NCBI GenBank assembly: GCA_000002445.1
Contig: CH464491.1
Coordinates: 1,248,001-1,312,000 of the forward strand
Source of the DNA: Trypanosoma brucei
Lineage: Eukaryota
DNA length: 64,000 nucleotides
Reading direction: 5' to 3'
The notes under the pieces are model-generated. The model saw only the letters and a program-made list of their open reading frames with translations, was not told where the DNA came from and made no database searches. Position 1 is the first letter of the stretch, and every line of letters starts with the position of its first letter. Position numbers and translations under genes: made by a program. This document shows positions 1-11,652 of this stretch, piece by piece.

Positions 1-1296
1 CAAAAATGCCGCGTGAGTCCACTCCGGAAGCGATGTAGCAATGCAAACACGATCCTCCTCTGGTAGCACCTTGCGCTCTGGTGGCGGCACGTGGACCCGA
101 ATGTGATCTTCTTTCTGGAGAACCGTGGCACCAGAGGCAAAGGAAGGGCAAGACCCGTTAATGCTTAAATCACGCTTGAAAAACTCGTCCAGCTCCGATT
201 CACGTACGAGTTGTCGGTAACGCTGTGTCATGTGAGCAAGCCACTGTTCGTCCGCACTACCACGACGGTCAAACTCAGCCTCTCGCAACACCGAACGCTG
301 TTTTGCTGTTTTCACAAAACGTACTGTGAGGCCACGGTGGTCTGGAGCCGCCGAATCACCGGTAGTACCACCATCGTTCCCTCCGTCGAGAGTACAGAAC
401 TCCTCTAAAAGACGTAGGAAGATGTCGCGTGGACGGTGCATCACGCACTGAATCAACTCACAGTGCTCCACGCCGAGCACCTGCAACAGTTCTTCTATAG
501 CACGCACTCGGACCGCATCCCGCTGCTTCTGCGTTTCGCAAGCCGTCACTCTGTCAAGCGCATTAAGGATAATCCGTGTCATGTCCTCGTCGAAACGAAC
601 GTACACCTGGGACACAATGTCATCGACACTTGATAACAACAAATCCAGCGATACTTTATTATTCTCCAGGTACGCAGAGCGGCTCACTCCACCAACACGA
701 TTGCCACGGGGGGAAAGAGGCTCTCCCGTATGCGCAATCACTGTTATTGATTGATGTCGCTGCATAAACTGCCCAACAAATGAGCACGTATGTTGTCGAC
801 GTACCTCACCTTCGCGGTTACTGAAGGATGATTTCTCAGCTACCTGTAGCATCTGTAAATCATCTAAAAGACTCGTTGCGTCAGGCATGAGATGGTGACG
901 ATAGTCCTGACGAAATGGTGCAAAACTCCCAAGCACGCTTTCCAACCGCCGGACAGCATCTTGAGCACTATGATACCAGCTCGGTGACGCTGCGGAGCCC
1001 TTCCGTTCAGGTTCCTCTGCCTTGTTTCGATGTTGCTTGTCCACAGCTTTAGACCCGCCCTTAGCCCCAGCAGTTTCCGTGGCGCCTCGGCTACCGGCAT
1101 TAGGGTTACGTCTCCTATGGTTTGCTCCAATGTTGTTGCGCCTATCGTCACATCCCTCTCTGTTTTCCCATCGGCCCTTCTTTCTGCTGTCGTTATAAGC
1201 CGCCCAACAGGTGTTACAATACCACTGTCTGTCGCGTGGATCTTCAGCCCCCTCGTCGAATGACCCACATTGCATGCACGAGCCGCGGTGGGACAT
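1..1296 (-). CDS. Partial CDS of a zinc-ribbon/zinc-finger protein (N-terminal 432 codons; the C-terminus lies beyond the window start).
   Basis: My own translation of the minus strand shows one frame open from an ATG (plus-strand coordinates 1296-1294) down to base 1, with no stop. The track omits it because no stop falls inside the window. The N-terminus reads MSHRGSCMQCGSFDEGAEDPRDRQWYCNTCW, a C-x2-C...C-x2-C zinc-ribbon motif. A polyY tract and several AG dinucleotides lie just upstream on the coding strand. The track ORF 864..1268 overlaps it in another frame. Confidence 0.55.
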   Translation of the reverse strand, partial: MSHRGSCMQCGSFDEGAEDPRDRQWYCNTCWAAYNDSRKKGRWENREGCDDRRNNIGANHRRRNPNAGSRGATETAGAKGGSKAVDKQHRNKAEEPERKGSAASPSWYHSAQDAVRRLESVLGSFAPFRQDYRHHLMPDATSLLDDLQMLQVAEKSSFSNREGEVRRQHTCSFVGQFMQRHQSITVIAHTGEPLSPRGNRVGGVSRSAYLENNKVSLDLLLSSVDDIVSQVYVRFDEDMTRIILNALDRVTACETQKQRDAVRVRAIEELLQVLGVEHCELIQCVMHRPRDIFLRLLEEFCTLDGGNDGGTTGDSAAPDHRGLTVRFVKTAKQRSVLREAEFDRRGSADEQWLAHMTQRYRQLVRESELDEFFKRDLSINGSCPSFASGATVLQKEDHIRVHVPPPERKVLPEEDRVCIATSLPEWTHAAFL

Positions 1297-1350
1297 GCTC
1301 TCCCGCCTGTCGGCCTGACAGAGGCGTGCGTGAGCAGCTAATGAGGTGCC

Positions 1351-1376
1351 CCCAAAAAAAAACCTTAAAGAAAGAT
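1351..1376 (-). promoter_or_regulatory. Polypyrimidine tract and AG trans-splice acceptor region for the partial zinc-finger gene.
   Basis: The minus strand here reads ctttctttaaggttttttttt followed by several AG dinucleotides, and it lies 55-80 nt upstream of the ATG at 1296. Confidence 0.4.
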
Positions 1377-1831
1377 GTTTTCCTAAAGATAGAGTTAAGG
1401 GGGTCTTTTTGTCTTTGATATTGCTTTTCATTGTTACGATAAACGGAAAACAGGGGTCACAAATTTAAACGACACCAAGGAAAACAAATATAAATCCGTA
1501 TCCCAAGGCAACAAATAGCACCAATACAGAGCAAAAAAAAAAAAACGTTCCCAATTGTTGTTTTTTTTTTTCTAGAGGTCAGTCGTTCTCCGACTCGGTC
1601 TCCACGAGTGCCGAAGTGTTGATCCGTTTAGCACGCAACCACAAGCAATGAAACCGGTACACATCCTAATCGGTGCCACGTTCACAAATGCAAACAAAAA
1701 ACCAACGAACCCACACCCCCCAAGAGGGCACACTTCGTCCCTCTTCAGGTTACTCAGTGCGCACACTCAAATAAGAAGGAGGGAAAGTACATAGGAAAGT
1801 AACCACTCCGGGACTATCCGACGAGACAAAG

Positions 1832-3115
1832 CTAGGTGTATTGTAACACGGTAGCAGACTGCAAATGACTGAACGAGCCAACAGCACCTATATCCCACTC
1901 TTGGTTACGGTCTACCGGGGGAGCCTGTTCATCCTCCTTCACTTCTTTAGTGCCAATAGTGCCCCTTTCGCCGCGGTAAAAATCATTAGAACGAGATATG
2001 TAGCTGATGCTACAGCATGGTACAGAGAACTTCCGGTCAGCGGCGTAGCTCTTGGGACAACATTGCTTCAACAGCGCCGATACAACGTCAGCGTGTGTTA
2101 CAATCATCGTCCGAGTAGGTGGGAGTAACGCGATGCTGTTGAACGGCTGCGGGCCGAAGTCACTCATTGAGAGAGTGAGCAGTGAGGACCTCTCTCTAAA
2201 GGTACGCGGTAGTCCCTTAGCCTCTCCTTGAGCCGCCTCCCAAACGCAACGAGGGACAGAGGAGGGAGTATCGGTATCGTTGCTGAAGTGCGTCCGTACC
2301 ACCTCGGCAGCCCGTAGAAGTAAACAACCTGGACCCTCTGGGTATTTGACAGCAATCCCGTTGTTGGTAATGCTGCGACAAGGAGCATAACCCCCTCTCC
2401 GGTCTGATGGATAAGAAATAGAGGCATCCCCACAAGAGATCCCCTGGTGTAAGGACCTGCGCACAGAAGGTGAAGTCCACAGAAGGAACGAGGCATTTCC
2501 GTTGTAAAGCCCATCAAGAGTTTCCACCCACCCCGCAATGGTCGTTTCATCGACAAGGTTCCTCATCCCGTCCAACTTACGCTTACAAGCAGCGGTGCGG
2601 AAAAAAGAACTTAACGAGGCATGCAGTGATTCCCAATGAGGACAAAACAGAATGCTGTCCCCACAAAGATCGTAGCTACCACCCAAACCAGGTGCATGGG
2701 AATACAACCTCGATGACTGCCAATCACCAAGCAAAGGGTCTACAAACACCACAAGTTTCCCATCAAAGCCTGTAATGTTGACGATTATCGCTGTTTCGAG
2801 ACACCGATGAAACGGCGAAGTGAGAAGCATGGACAGCATCCCTAGTTCCCGCTGCCGAATTTTCGCATGGCGCCTTTGCTGTCGAAAAAAGAGCCCCGTT
2901 TCCAGTGCCTGCCATCGACCATCAGTGGAAAGTGGAGGATCAGTATTAGGAAGGTGCGATAGTGGAACCCCAACGTTAGACTTCCAATTACGATTAACGT
3001 GATCAAGTCTCTCACCGTGACGAAGTAGTAGAACCTCATCGCGAAACATACTCGCAGTCTGATGCCACTGAAGCGAGCGCCGCTTTGCTCTCAGAGCATA
3101 CTGCACGGACGTCAT
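1832..3115 (-). CDS. Histidine phosphatase superfamily protein (phosphoglycerate-mutase-like, branch 1).
   Basis: The track ORF 1832..3313 begins with TTG. The first in-frame ATG is at 3115 and gives MTSVQYALRAKRRSLQWHQTASMFRDEVLLLRHGERLDHVN. RHGE(R)xxxN near the N-terminus is the catalytic His motif of PGAM-like phosphatases. A purine-rich plus-strand stretch at 3200-3240 is a polyY tract on the coding strand, upstream of this ATG. Confidence 0.6.
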   Translation of the reverse strand: MTSVQYALRAKRRSLQWHQTASMFRDEVLLLRHGERLDHVNRNWKSNVGVPLSHLPNTDPPLSTDGRWQALETGLFFRQQRRHAKIRQRELGMLSMLLTSPFHRCLETAIIVNITGFDGKLVVFVDPLLGDWQSSRLYSHAPGLGGSYDLCGDSILFCPHWESLHASLSSFFRTAACKRKLDGMRNLVDETTIAGWVETLDGLYNGNASFLLWTSPSVRRSLHQGISCGDASISYPSDRRGGYAPCRSITNNGIAVKYPEGPGCLLLRAAEVVRTHFSNDTDTPSSVPRCVWEAAQGEAKGLPRTFRERSSLLTLSMSDFGPQPFNSIALLPPTRTMIVTHADVVSALLKQCCPKSYAADRKFSVPCCSISYISRSNDFYRGERGTIGTKEVKEDEQAPPVDRNQEWDIGAVGSFSHLQSATVLQYT

Positions 3116-3672
3116 GAAACGAACGGAACCGAGTTGTACACGCACTGTACACTTAGCCTGTGAACTTGTGCTCTGTAGCGTGGTTACACTCGTGCATCCT
3201 GGTCGCAAACCGAGAAGAGAGTGAACTAAATAAAGAAAACCAATCCCCAGTGCGACGGCGACGCACAAGCGGGGCAGAAGCTCGTCACCAAGTTCCACGG
3301 TCACGCGTTTCAATCTACACTACAAACGTATTAAAAAAGGGAAGAAAAATAATATCGAGACGCAAATGAGGGGCGGAGAACCAGAAAAGGCGTCTAGGAT
3401 ACACGTTAAAAGCACCTCTGTATGCGTAAGTGAGGGAATGTGGGATAGCACAGAAAGGAGACATAACTCTTGCTGTATACGGCAGAGCAGTGCAAATGTC
3501 TTGCACTACACATGCCGACCAACCGAGTGAGCAAGCAATTGGAAGTGAGACTGTGACCCGCACCGACCGTCAGTGAAACCGGAGAAAAATGCTTCGCATC
3601 AACCCTAAAGATAGGCTACAGCGCAGGAGGAAAGTAACCCTCCATCAGCCCCCGCGAACGTCTTAGAAATAA

Positions 3673-5613
3673 TCAACTCTGGGATTTCGTCTGTTGCTGA
3701 GTCTCCTCTTGCAACTGCCCGTACATCTGCATGAGCAAGTCATGCTGGGCAGCGAGAGCTGCTAGCTTTTTTCGCAGTTCCTCAACTTCATCTTTGTAAC
3801 GGCGAAGACTCTCAATCTCCACCGCTTGGCGCACCAGCTCCTTTTCCATCCGCTCTCGGCCACCACGAGAAAAGTGGCTAGTGGGCCCGTCGGTATGAAA
3901 ATGAAGCAACGCTAAACATGTGTTATTCGCGCAAACGTCAACGGGGGTTAGTGGTTGGGATGGAACAAAGGAAGGCTCGGCAGCGGCAATTGAAGACGAG
4001 CACCTCGATCCACTTCGGGGCTGAATGCCGGTGCACACAGCGTCAGCTGGTTGCTTAATCTGTTTATTGAGTGCCTCGGCTTGCGCAGCCCGTATGAGCG
4101 CATCCCCCAATTCCTTTTGTACTTGGGTATGCCTTCCCTTCCACTGTAATAACTCCTGAATGGAGGCAGTTCTCTCATCCACTGCGGCACGTAATTCGTT
4201 TTGAACACCTGCAAGTTGTTGCTTATAGCTCTCCACGACCACAACATGATCACGCTTCAAAGCAGCGCACTCCTCAGCTGCCAGCGCTGCTTCCTCCAGC
4301 AGCTGTTTCTTCTGTCGTTCCGTGTCATCGAGCGCCGCGCGCAACTCACGCAACGGATTTAGGGAGCCCCGCTCATGCTCCACGAGCCTAGTTTCCGCTC
4401 GATCCGCACGATGTTCTGCTTGAAGGAGTTTCTTCTCCAACTGCTGAATGTGGAGCTCGTACTCCATTTGGTTTCGATGTAAGGAGGAAACAAACACCTC
4501 CTTCTCCCGCTTGAGTGACTCCACCACATCATTTGCGGTGTCACAACGATGATTAAGCTCTGACACGTAACGGGACACCTCACCTTGTAACTCCTGCACA
4601 CGTCTATTCTTCTCTTCTAGCTGAATAGTGAGCTCGTTCACCTGCCTCTGCGTAGCCTCACACTGTGTCTGCCTCGCAGCTGCGATGTTCTGAAGCTCAT
4701 TGTAATCCGCTGCGCCTTGTCGGAGCTGTCGTTCCAGCGACACAACACGATCCTCAGCCTCTGCCTTTCTTTCTAAAAGTTGTTTACTCCGCTCCCGCTC
4801 CCTTCCAAGCTGTTCCGATAGCTCCACTCCCTCCCTCTCGAGGGAAGCCATTTTCTCCTTGTCTACAGTGCTCCGCTTTAGATTACGAAGGCTATTAACC
4901 TCCTTTTGAAGCGACAAAATGCTTTGAGTGAGACGCTTGTTCTCATCGTTCAGACGCTGCGATGTTTCCATTTCCTCAGCCAACAATGCTTGGAATCGGA
5001 GCAGCTGCCCGTCAGTAGCATTCGGATCACTACTGGAAACAGTGCCCCCTCCTTGTCCTTCTTGCAGATTTCTACTGTCGTGGGTGTGATCTTCCGAAGT
5101 GACTAATGATCGATTATCACCTTCCTCAGACACGACCCCACTGCTCGCTCCCTTGAAAATGCCCTCGCCTCCGCCGCGCTCCCCGGGCTTGGACAGAAAC
5201 GTAACTGGAGTCTGCTTCGTTCCCGTGACTGCAGTCTTGCCTTGCTCTCTTTCTGTCGTGTCAAACTTTTGTCCGAGCTCGCAGCTCACGTCACTCGACC
5301 GCGTTTGCAACACAGCGGGAGGTAACAACCTGTCACTAGCTTCAACTTCGCAACAATCCCCCATGCCGATAGCCGATGGAGCAACACCATGTGTACTACT
5401 ATCCTCCTGATGTGTTTCTTTCTGTTTGGTCGCTAGCTGCATAGAAATGACCCCTCCTTCCACTTCATTAAGTTCACTACCCGATAAATGCACCACGTCA
5501 TCGCTTCCATGTCCCTCTTTTTCTTCAATGCCTTCGAATTCCTCCAACTTCCCAGCTAATCCCGAGACGTTGTCAAGTGTTTTTTGGATCTCGTTCAGCC
5601 ATGAACCAAGCAT
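3673..5613 (-). CDS. Large coiled-coil protein (646 aa), function unknown.
   Basis: It starts with ATG (MLGSWLNEIQ...). The middle roughly 350 residues have heptad-like E/R/L/Q-rich composition typical of coiled coils, and there is an acidic Gly/Ser-rich region near the N-terminus. No catalytic motif is visible. Confidence 0.6.
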   Translation of the reverse strand: MLGSWLNEIQKTLDNVSGLAGKLEEFEGIEEKEGHGSDDVVHLSGSELNEVEGGVISMQLATKQKETHQEDSSTHGVAPSAIGMGDCCEVEASDRLLPPAVLQTRSSDVSCELGQKFDTTEREQGKTAVTGTKQTPVTFLSKPGERGGGEGIFKGASSGVVSEEGDNRSLVTSEDHTHDSRNLQEGQGGGTVSSSDPNATDGQLLRFQALLAEEMETSQRLNDENKRLTQSILSLQKEVNSLRNLKRSTVDKEKMASLEREGVELSEQLGRERERSKQLLERKAEAEDRVVSLERQLRQGAADYNELQNIAAARQTQCEATQRQVNELTIQLEEKNRRVQELQGEVSRYVSELNHRCDTANDVVESLKREKEVFVSSLHRNQMEYELHIQQLEKKLLQAEHRADRAETRLVEHERGSLNPLRELRAALDDTERQKKQLLEEAALAAEECAALKRDHVVVVESYKQQLAGVQNELRAAVDERTASIQELLQWKGRHTQVQKELGDALIRAAQAEALNKQIKQPADAVCTGIQPRSGSRCSSSIAAAEPSFVPSQPLTPVDVCANNTCLALLHFHTDGPTSHFSRGGRERMEKELVRQAVEIESLRRYKDEVEELRKKLAALAAQHDLLMQMYGQLQEETQQQTKSQS

Positions 5614-8349
5614 GGTAACGGAGGAACCTAGGTTTTAAATAGAAGTAGAAGGAAGAAAGAGAATATTAGTGAAGAAGAAAACATTAACCTCCGCAACTGC
5701 ACCTCTACAACACCATATCCTTGAGGGAAAGGAAGGAAACAAATGTGACGAAAACCTGCACACGACAGATATCAACCCAACGTTCACACGACAGAGACGG
5801 TCCACGACCAGGGACTCATGGTCACACCCGTGATAAGCAACAGCACGACATATGTCAAGCGACTCAATTCGACAACACGATCGAACTGGGGGGAGGGGAC
5901 AAGGTAAACTCAGCCCTGGAGGGGATAACAGTCAACGCAAGTTGCGAAAAGGTGGTAGGGATTCCGCTGATATGACGAAAAATAAAACATCCTGAGAGTC
6001 GTATGCCAGCTGGATCATGCGGTCCTCACTAAACATTAAGCCATCAGTTGATGCCCCCTCACCACGAAGGCCGCCAATAGCCACAACACGTCCAAAGCCA
6101 AGCAAACGAAAATGGATGAGAGCCGCCGTGTCACCCACCCACTAGCTTTTGACTCGTAGCCCTTCATACAATTAGATTATCTAATTTCCCTTCGCTACAC
6201 CTTTTCTATCGAGAGGCCCTGCGCGAGGAACAAAGGTTTTTACACCTTTCAGCGCAACCCGCAGCAGTGGCCCCTGGGAAACGCCACCGGCATAACAAAC
6301 GTTAACCAGCTGCCGCGAAAAATGCGTCCCCACATAAACAAAACAAAAACCCACTGAAGCGGGAGGTACACCACAGCACCAACAAGAGAAGGGAAAAGGA
6401 AAGCAACGACTGGTAAGAATGTACAGAAAATGTCCCAAGGACAAAGGCAAAAACCTCATGGCGGAGCGTTTGTTCCCACAAAGACGAGAGATTAACAGCG
6501 AAAGCAAAAAAGAAGCCTTGTTAACTTTATGTCCGCATTCCCATTTCTTATCTCTCTCAACGACGAAGCCAAATGAAGTTAGACGGCTCGTAGGGCACAA
6601 CGGTTGCTAACAAGCGAACATGGGAGGACAGTCACCTTCCTTTCCTTGCAGCAGCAACACCACCACGTTTGCATAACGTGTTAATTGCGCATTCCTTCCT
6701 TCACTCCATCAATTTTATCACACTTTATTTCCTTGCTCCTCCCCTCTGGCACAGCTTAACTCAGGCACTGGGCGGTACTTTGACCTGGAACTCATATACA
6801 GCATGTAAAAATAGGTGCGCAGTGGAAAATACGAAAGGCGCAGAGGAATCCACACAGGCGTTAAACGGCTTGGGAGCAAAAGACAGAAAAAGAACAAGCG
6901 AAAATAACAGGAACACACACAATTAAAAAAGAAAAAACGAAAAAAAAAGATATTTACTTCATTTCTACCTAATTCATGAGGTGAAGCAAGGAAGGATGTA
7001 AAATAAGAAAGGAAGTACCCCCCCCTCATATGCAGGAACACCTCCCGATTTTGTCGCAGCCACTCCGTAACTTGTGTTCCGTTGACCATCCTTTTCTTAA
7101 TATCTCCCTTTGAATTGGGATGTTTCTCTTCCTTTCTTTTAATTCATACTACTTCCTCCTTTGCTCTAAGCCCTGCCGCTCCTCCCGCTCTCGCTAATTC
7201 CCCGCTCCATCATGAAAACAATACGTATGCTCACCTGGAGAAAAGAGAAAGAAACTGGTGGTGCACATATACACAAGCACATGTTATCCCCTTTACATCT
7301 CATATATACGCACAGAGCCCTCTTCACAGAAGCATAAAAACGTGCCCACCCATGCACACACATTCGCGGTTTACTACACTATTCTCACTGGTATCATTTC
7401 TTCCTTTGATCAAAAATACCTACAAATAAAGTCAATACAAACATACAACAACATCTGCGCGGAAGCTTGTTCACATTTATATATTATTAGATGTAGTAAC
7501 CCTTCTCACAGTGTCTTATTCGTCACCGTTGACTCATTCCCCTTTCACACAAATGAACAAAAAAAACATAGTTACATTCTATAATGATAATTTGACCTCG
7601 AGACCGAGAATAAGTAGTGTAGACCTCCTCACGTTACCTCGAGCACGGTCGGCAGCCATTCCTAAACCACTTCATCCCCATGCATACTCTTCCCCCAGTG
7701 GAATGTTCACCCTTACATATTCTCTCCCCCTCCTCCTTTAATTCTTTAGGTACGGACCTCTCTCCTTTGCCCTTGTTTGCACCCTTCCCCCGCTTTTTAT
7801 TGTCTATCATGGCATTTTTTTTTTTCGCAAATCGGATTGTTCTTTCATTCTTACATGGCCTTCGTGGGGGCGAAACCGCATTCACATTTTTCCAAATGGG
7901 GAAAAGTAACACGAGAGCAAAAAGCAAACCCCCACAGAGTAAAGTAAGGGTGCATCATGCAAAGTGAGCGGACAGACTAATGAACAATGAAAAGTACATC
8001 AAGTAGTTTGTTTTTTTTTTAGGTGCGAAAGGAAAAGAAGACAAGCATCCCCGTGGTGTGTAAGTTACTCAAGGGGAAAGTAGCTTTTGGTGTGGCTGTT
8101 ATGTGAGCCCCTATTCGCACCACCTCCACTGAGACAGACAATGAGTGTTAACCTGGTAATTTATCTTGAAGCACGACAGAGCAACCTGCGCGGTGCTCCT
8201 TAACAAAAGAAGTACGGTTAGGGTTACGCAGATATGAGTGCACAACTCCTTCTCCATATACATATATATATATTTGCCTACATTGAAACACTTGTCTTCG
8301 TTTCTACACCTAAGTGCTAGAGGACAAGCACAGAGGTGGTTGTACTACC

Positions 8350-9939
8350 TCACCGAAAGTGGATCTCCTTTTTCCTACGACCCAACCTGTCAAGGTGGTC
8401 GATCTTAATCCCACCACCAGGTCTATAGGTGAATTTATCCCGTTGGCCACCGTACGAAGCTATTGCATTTCTTAGTTTCTCCTTGGCACCGCTCTTCAAG
8501 CGCTGATGCGCACTAATGACGCAGGGTTTGAACATCTTAAGAGCACGCGACACCTCCACCTCCGTGAGGGTATCAAGCATCGCACCAACACATTCCAGCA
8601 GAGCCGCAGTAAACTTCATCTCGCTAACGGACGTTTGAAGGGTGCCAGCATGTGAGGAAGCAAACTTATTCACGATATTAGCTAAGTCCGGCTCCCTAGC
8701 AGCTGCATTCAGGTCGGCTGTCACCATCTCATCACACTGATCCTGGGCGAGGGAAGGAACGAGGAAGTTCAAAAAAGATGAATGCAAAGCGACTTTGTCC
8801 GCATCTTCAAAACCAGCCTCCTTCATCCGCTTGCGAGCTTCATAAGGCAGAGCGGTGCCGCGCGATGGGTCATGGTCAACACCGATAGCAAAGTGAATCC
8901 ACAAATGATCAATCGTGTCACGAAGTTCAGACTCACCCACAAGTAACAGCGAAGAAATCGCCAAATCCTGCAGCAAATATATTTGTTCTTTGCGTTTACG
9001 GCGGAAGTTCATCACATCCTCTCGACTAAAGCTGCACAGCCTCTCACCGCGCGAGAAAGCTTCGCCAGAGAGTCTTAACCACGAGAGAACTTCATGTGAT
9101 CTGCAGCAGTTCCATTGGGTTACAATGATGTCTGCAACGGTGTTTATACTCGTTGGCACGTAAATTTCCCTTTTCGAGGGCTCCTTCTTCCTGGAGGCAC
9201 CTTGGACTTTCGCGTACGACTCACCTATATCAGGCAGCGCTCCCTCAGCCGAACTTACCATCGCTTGTTTCCGCCACTCACTCACGAGCGCATTGGTAAA
9301 TGCTTCGCTCCACTTACGATCCGAGGCTAAATTGAACCACACATACTGTGAGTTCTTGGGGATAATCGGGTACGATCCATCCAAAACAGGTGCACTGCTA
9401 AGAACAGCGTCCGAGTGATCCTCGGCATTAACCTCGCCGGGCCTCCGGCGCTTAACGTGCAGACGAAAAGAAAGGTTGGGACAAGGAAGCCCATCACCAA
9501 CAACCTGTTTGACCTCCGCTTCTGCCTCTTCGGGCTGTGTCACCGGATCTGTGTGGATAAGTACGACCGTTTCCTCGTTTTTTCCGGACTTTACTGTCGA
9601 AATGCGACAGCTACCGTAGAACATTATGTAAGGCTCCGGACGTCGAGTCGTCTCCACCACCTGCACAACCAAGACGACCATTTCCGTGCTCGGTGGAAGC
9701 TCATACTCCGTACTTGTATTGTAGAATGGAGTATTGGACCCCTCTTGTAGTGGTGACTCGTAGACACTGCCAATTGTTTCCTTCAGAAGGCTGTCGTACA
9801 AGATGAGACGCGCATACGTCGAGCACGCGCATGGATCATCCTCGGTTTGCGGGTAGTTGCGGCCACGGAGAATGTCCACATGAAGACGCACCTCCTGTGC
9901 AGAGGGGACGCTGGTTGCTTCCTTAGTTGGACGATCCAT
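8350..9939 (-). CDS. Hypothetical protein (529 aa). The N-terminal segment may be a C2-like beta-sandwich (weak call).
   Basis: It starts with ATG (MDRPTKEATS...). The composition is non-repetitive and protein-like throughout. The N-terminal run EVRLHVDILRGRNYPQ resembles the first strand of C2 domains. No other motif is recognisable. Confidence 0.5.
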   Translation of the reverse strand: MDRPTKEATSVPSAQEVRLHVDILRGRNYPQTEDDPCACSTYARLILYDSLLKETIGSVYESPLQEGSNTPFYNTSTEYELPPSTEMVVLVVQVVETTRRPEPYIMFYGSCRISTVKSGKNEETVVLIHTDPVTQPEEAEAEVKQVVGDGLPCPNLSFRLHVKRRRPGEVNAEDHSDAVLSSAPVLDGSYPIIPKNSQYVWFNLASDRKWSEAFTNALVSEWRKQAMVSSAEGALPDIGESYAKVQGASRKKEPSKREIYVPTSINTVADIIVTQWNCCRSHEVLSWLRLSGEAFSRGERLCSFSREDVMNFRRKRKEQIYLLQDLAISSLLLVGESELRDTIDHLWIHFAIGVDHDPSRGTALPYEARKRMKEAGFEDADKVALHSSFLNFLVPSLAQDQCDEMVTADLNAAAREPDLANIVNKFASSHAGTLQTSVSEMKFTAALLECVGAMLDTLTEVEVSRALKMFKPCVISAHQRLKSGAKEKLRNAIASYGGQRDKFTYRPGGGIKIDHLDRLGRRKKEIHFR

Positions 9940-11652
9940 ATCCTGATACCTTCTCGTGCTCAGTTTAAGCCTAGCTTCTTTCTCTCACACCTACACCGTC
10001 TTCTTTACTGTAAGAAACCCCCCAGAGTTACAATTGTGTGACGGGCCGGGTGTTTCGTTCACGGCAAAGGAAGTGATAAATGAATAGTGGTATGAAGAGG
10101 GGGAAAGGTCGCAAAACGAAGCAGGGCACCCCAATCACCATCAAAAGATAAATATTCTATATATTGACGAGCATACGCGCAGAGACACTTTAATTTCAAT
10201 TTACTGATGCGGTTAGAAAAGCGTCAACCATGTTTTTCCTCATGAACAACTGGTTCCGCTCAACTGCGCCGTCATCCGCTATCCTTCGATACACGCTATA
10301 CCTTTCCAACTTCCATCAACACCTTTTAGGCTAGTCCCTTCTCACTTACACCCAATAACCTTTTAAAGCAAAATGTACAAGGGACATATCTCTTAAAACG
10401 CTCAATCTATCAGCGTCGTTGTCATTTAGTTAAAGAACAGAGGTCACAAACATCTTGACGGGAAGATACCAAGCTACGTAAGGCAGGGAACGACTTCGCT
10501 TAGAAGTCGACGATAGTCTGTTCCCTTGAGCATGCACCTAGATTTTTTCCTTTGTGTGCTCTTATTTACTGGACCCTTCTTTTCTTCAATAACTCACAAC
10601 CCACTGTTGGACGGCACGTACCTGCGCATCTGTGTACATGTGGGAACTACAAACACTTTCGTGTATACCCTTGCTTCGAGAAAGGAAGTTAAGGTTACAC
10701 ATAGGCGCAGTTTAATCATTTACATTGCGAAAATAATCTCATTACCTACCCCACCAACGCACAGAGCGTCAAAAAAAAATCGAAAGAAAATATAATTCCC
10801 TGGATAGAATTGGTTCCCTCCCTTCAACTCACCAGTCTCGAAATAGATTCACGCGGGAAACTGTACTAAACGGCAAGGGAAAGGGGAAGTAACTACGTTG
10901 TATTGGAGCGAGCTTACATACGAAAAACACACAAAAAAGCAACACCGCAGATATATACATAGAGAAGAACGATGAGAGGGCATAGTGATCACAGGCAAGT
11001 GGAGACCCGGCAGTATGCTCCCGCCCAATGTCACAGCACCCTCAACCTTTCCTGCCGTTACTTGGCGTCAAAAACTCAAATACCGTAGAAAACCGTGAAA
11101 GCATGAAAAACTAACGGTAAAAGACAACCACAGTGAAAAAAAAAAGATCAAAGAGAATCGTGCAGCATTGCGAGGGAGGAAAACAAAGCAATCCTTAGGA
11201 GAAACCAACATATATATGACCTAAAAGCGAGGGTAGAAACACCTTGAAGAAAAACTAACACGAAACAACTGAGAAAAAAATCAGCAAAAACATGCTCGAC
11301 AAACGTAGAGCGACGGTGATACGGGAAGTGTTCCCACTCGCATCGCGCTGAACACTCCACCCCCGAGACAACCCTGCGTTAGCATTTGTATTAAGAAAAT
11401 AGACGAAAAGTAAAGGGCATACTGACACTTGGTAACAAAAACACAGGGACAAGAAAACGGCCCCCAGCAATAAAGAGTTGGAGGAGCAACAGTTGAAATC
11501 GAATCACAGACGCCACCAGAGATTATGTGTCACTGTTGTCGATCAGTTGTATTTACTCCCACTTACTTGCAATCACCCCGACGTCTCTGCCAAGATTACA
11601 TATGTTTTTCAGGTGATTGGCTTGTTACCTCCCACACACACTAGATTTGGTT

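Noticed and set aside
864-1268. Track ORF of 134 aa on the minus strand.
   Set aside because: It overlaps, in a different frame, a much longer open frame (1296 down to base 1) that has a zinc-ribbon N-terminus and proper polyY/AG context. The 134-aa product is low-information and Arg/Thr/Gly-rich, so it is an alternative-frame artefact.
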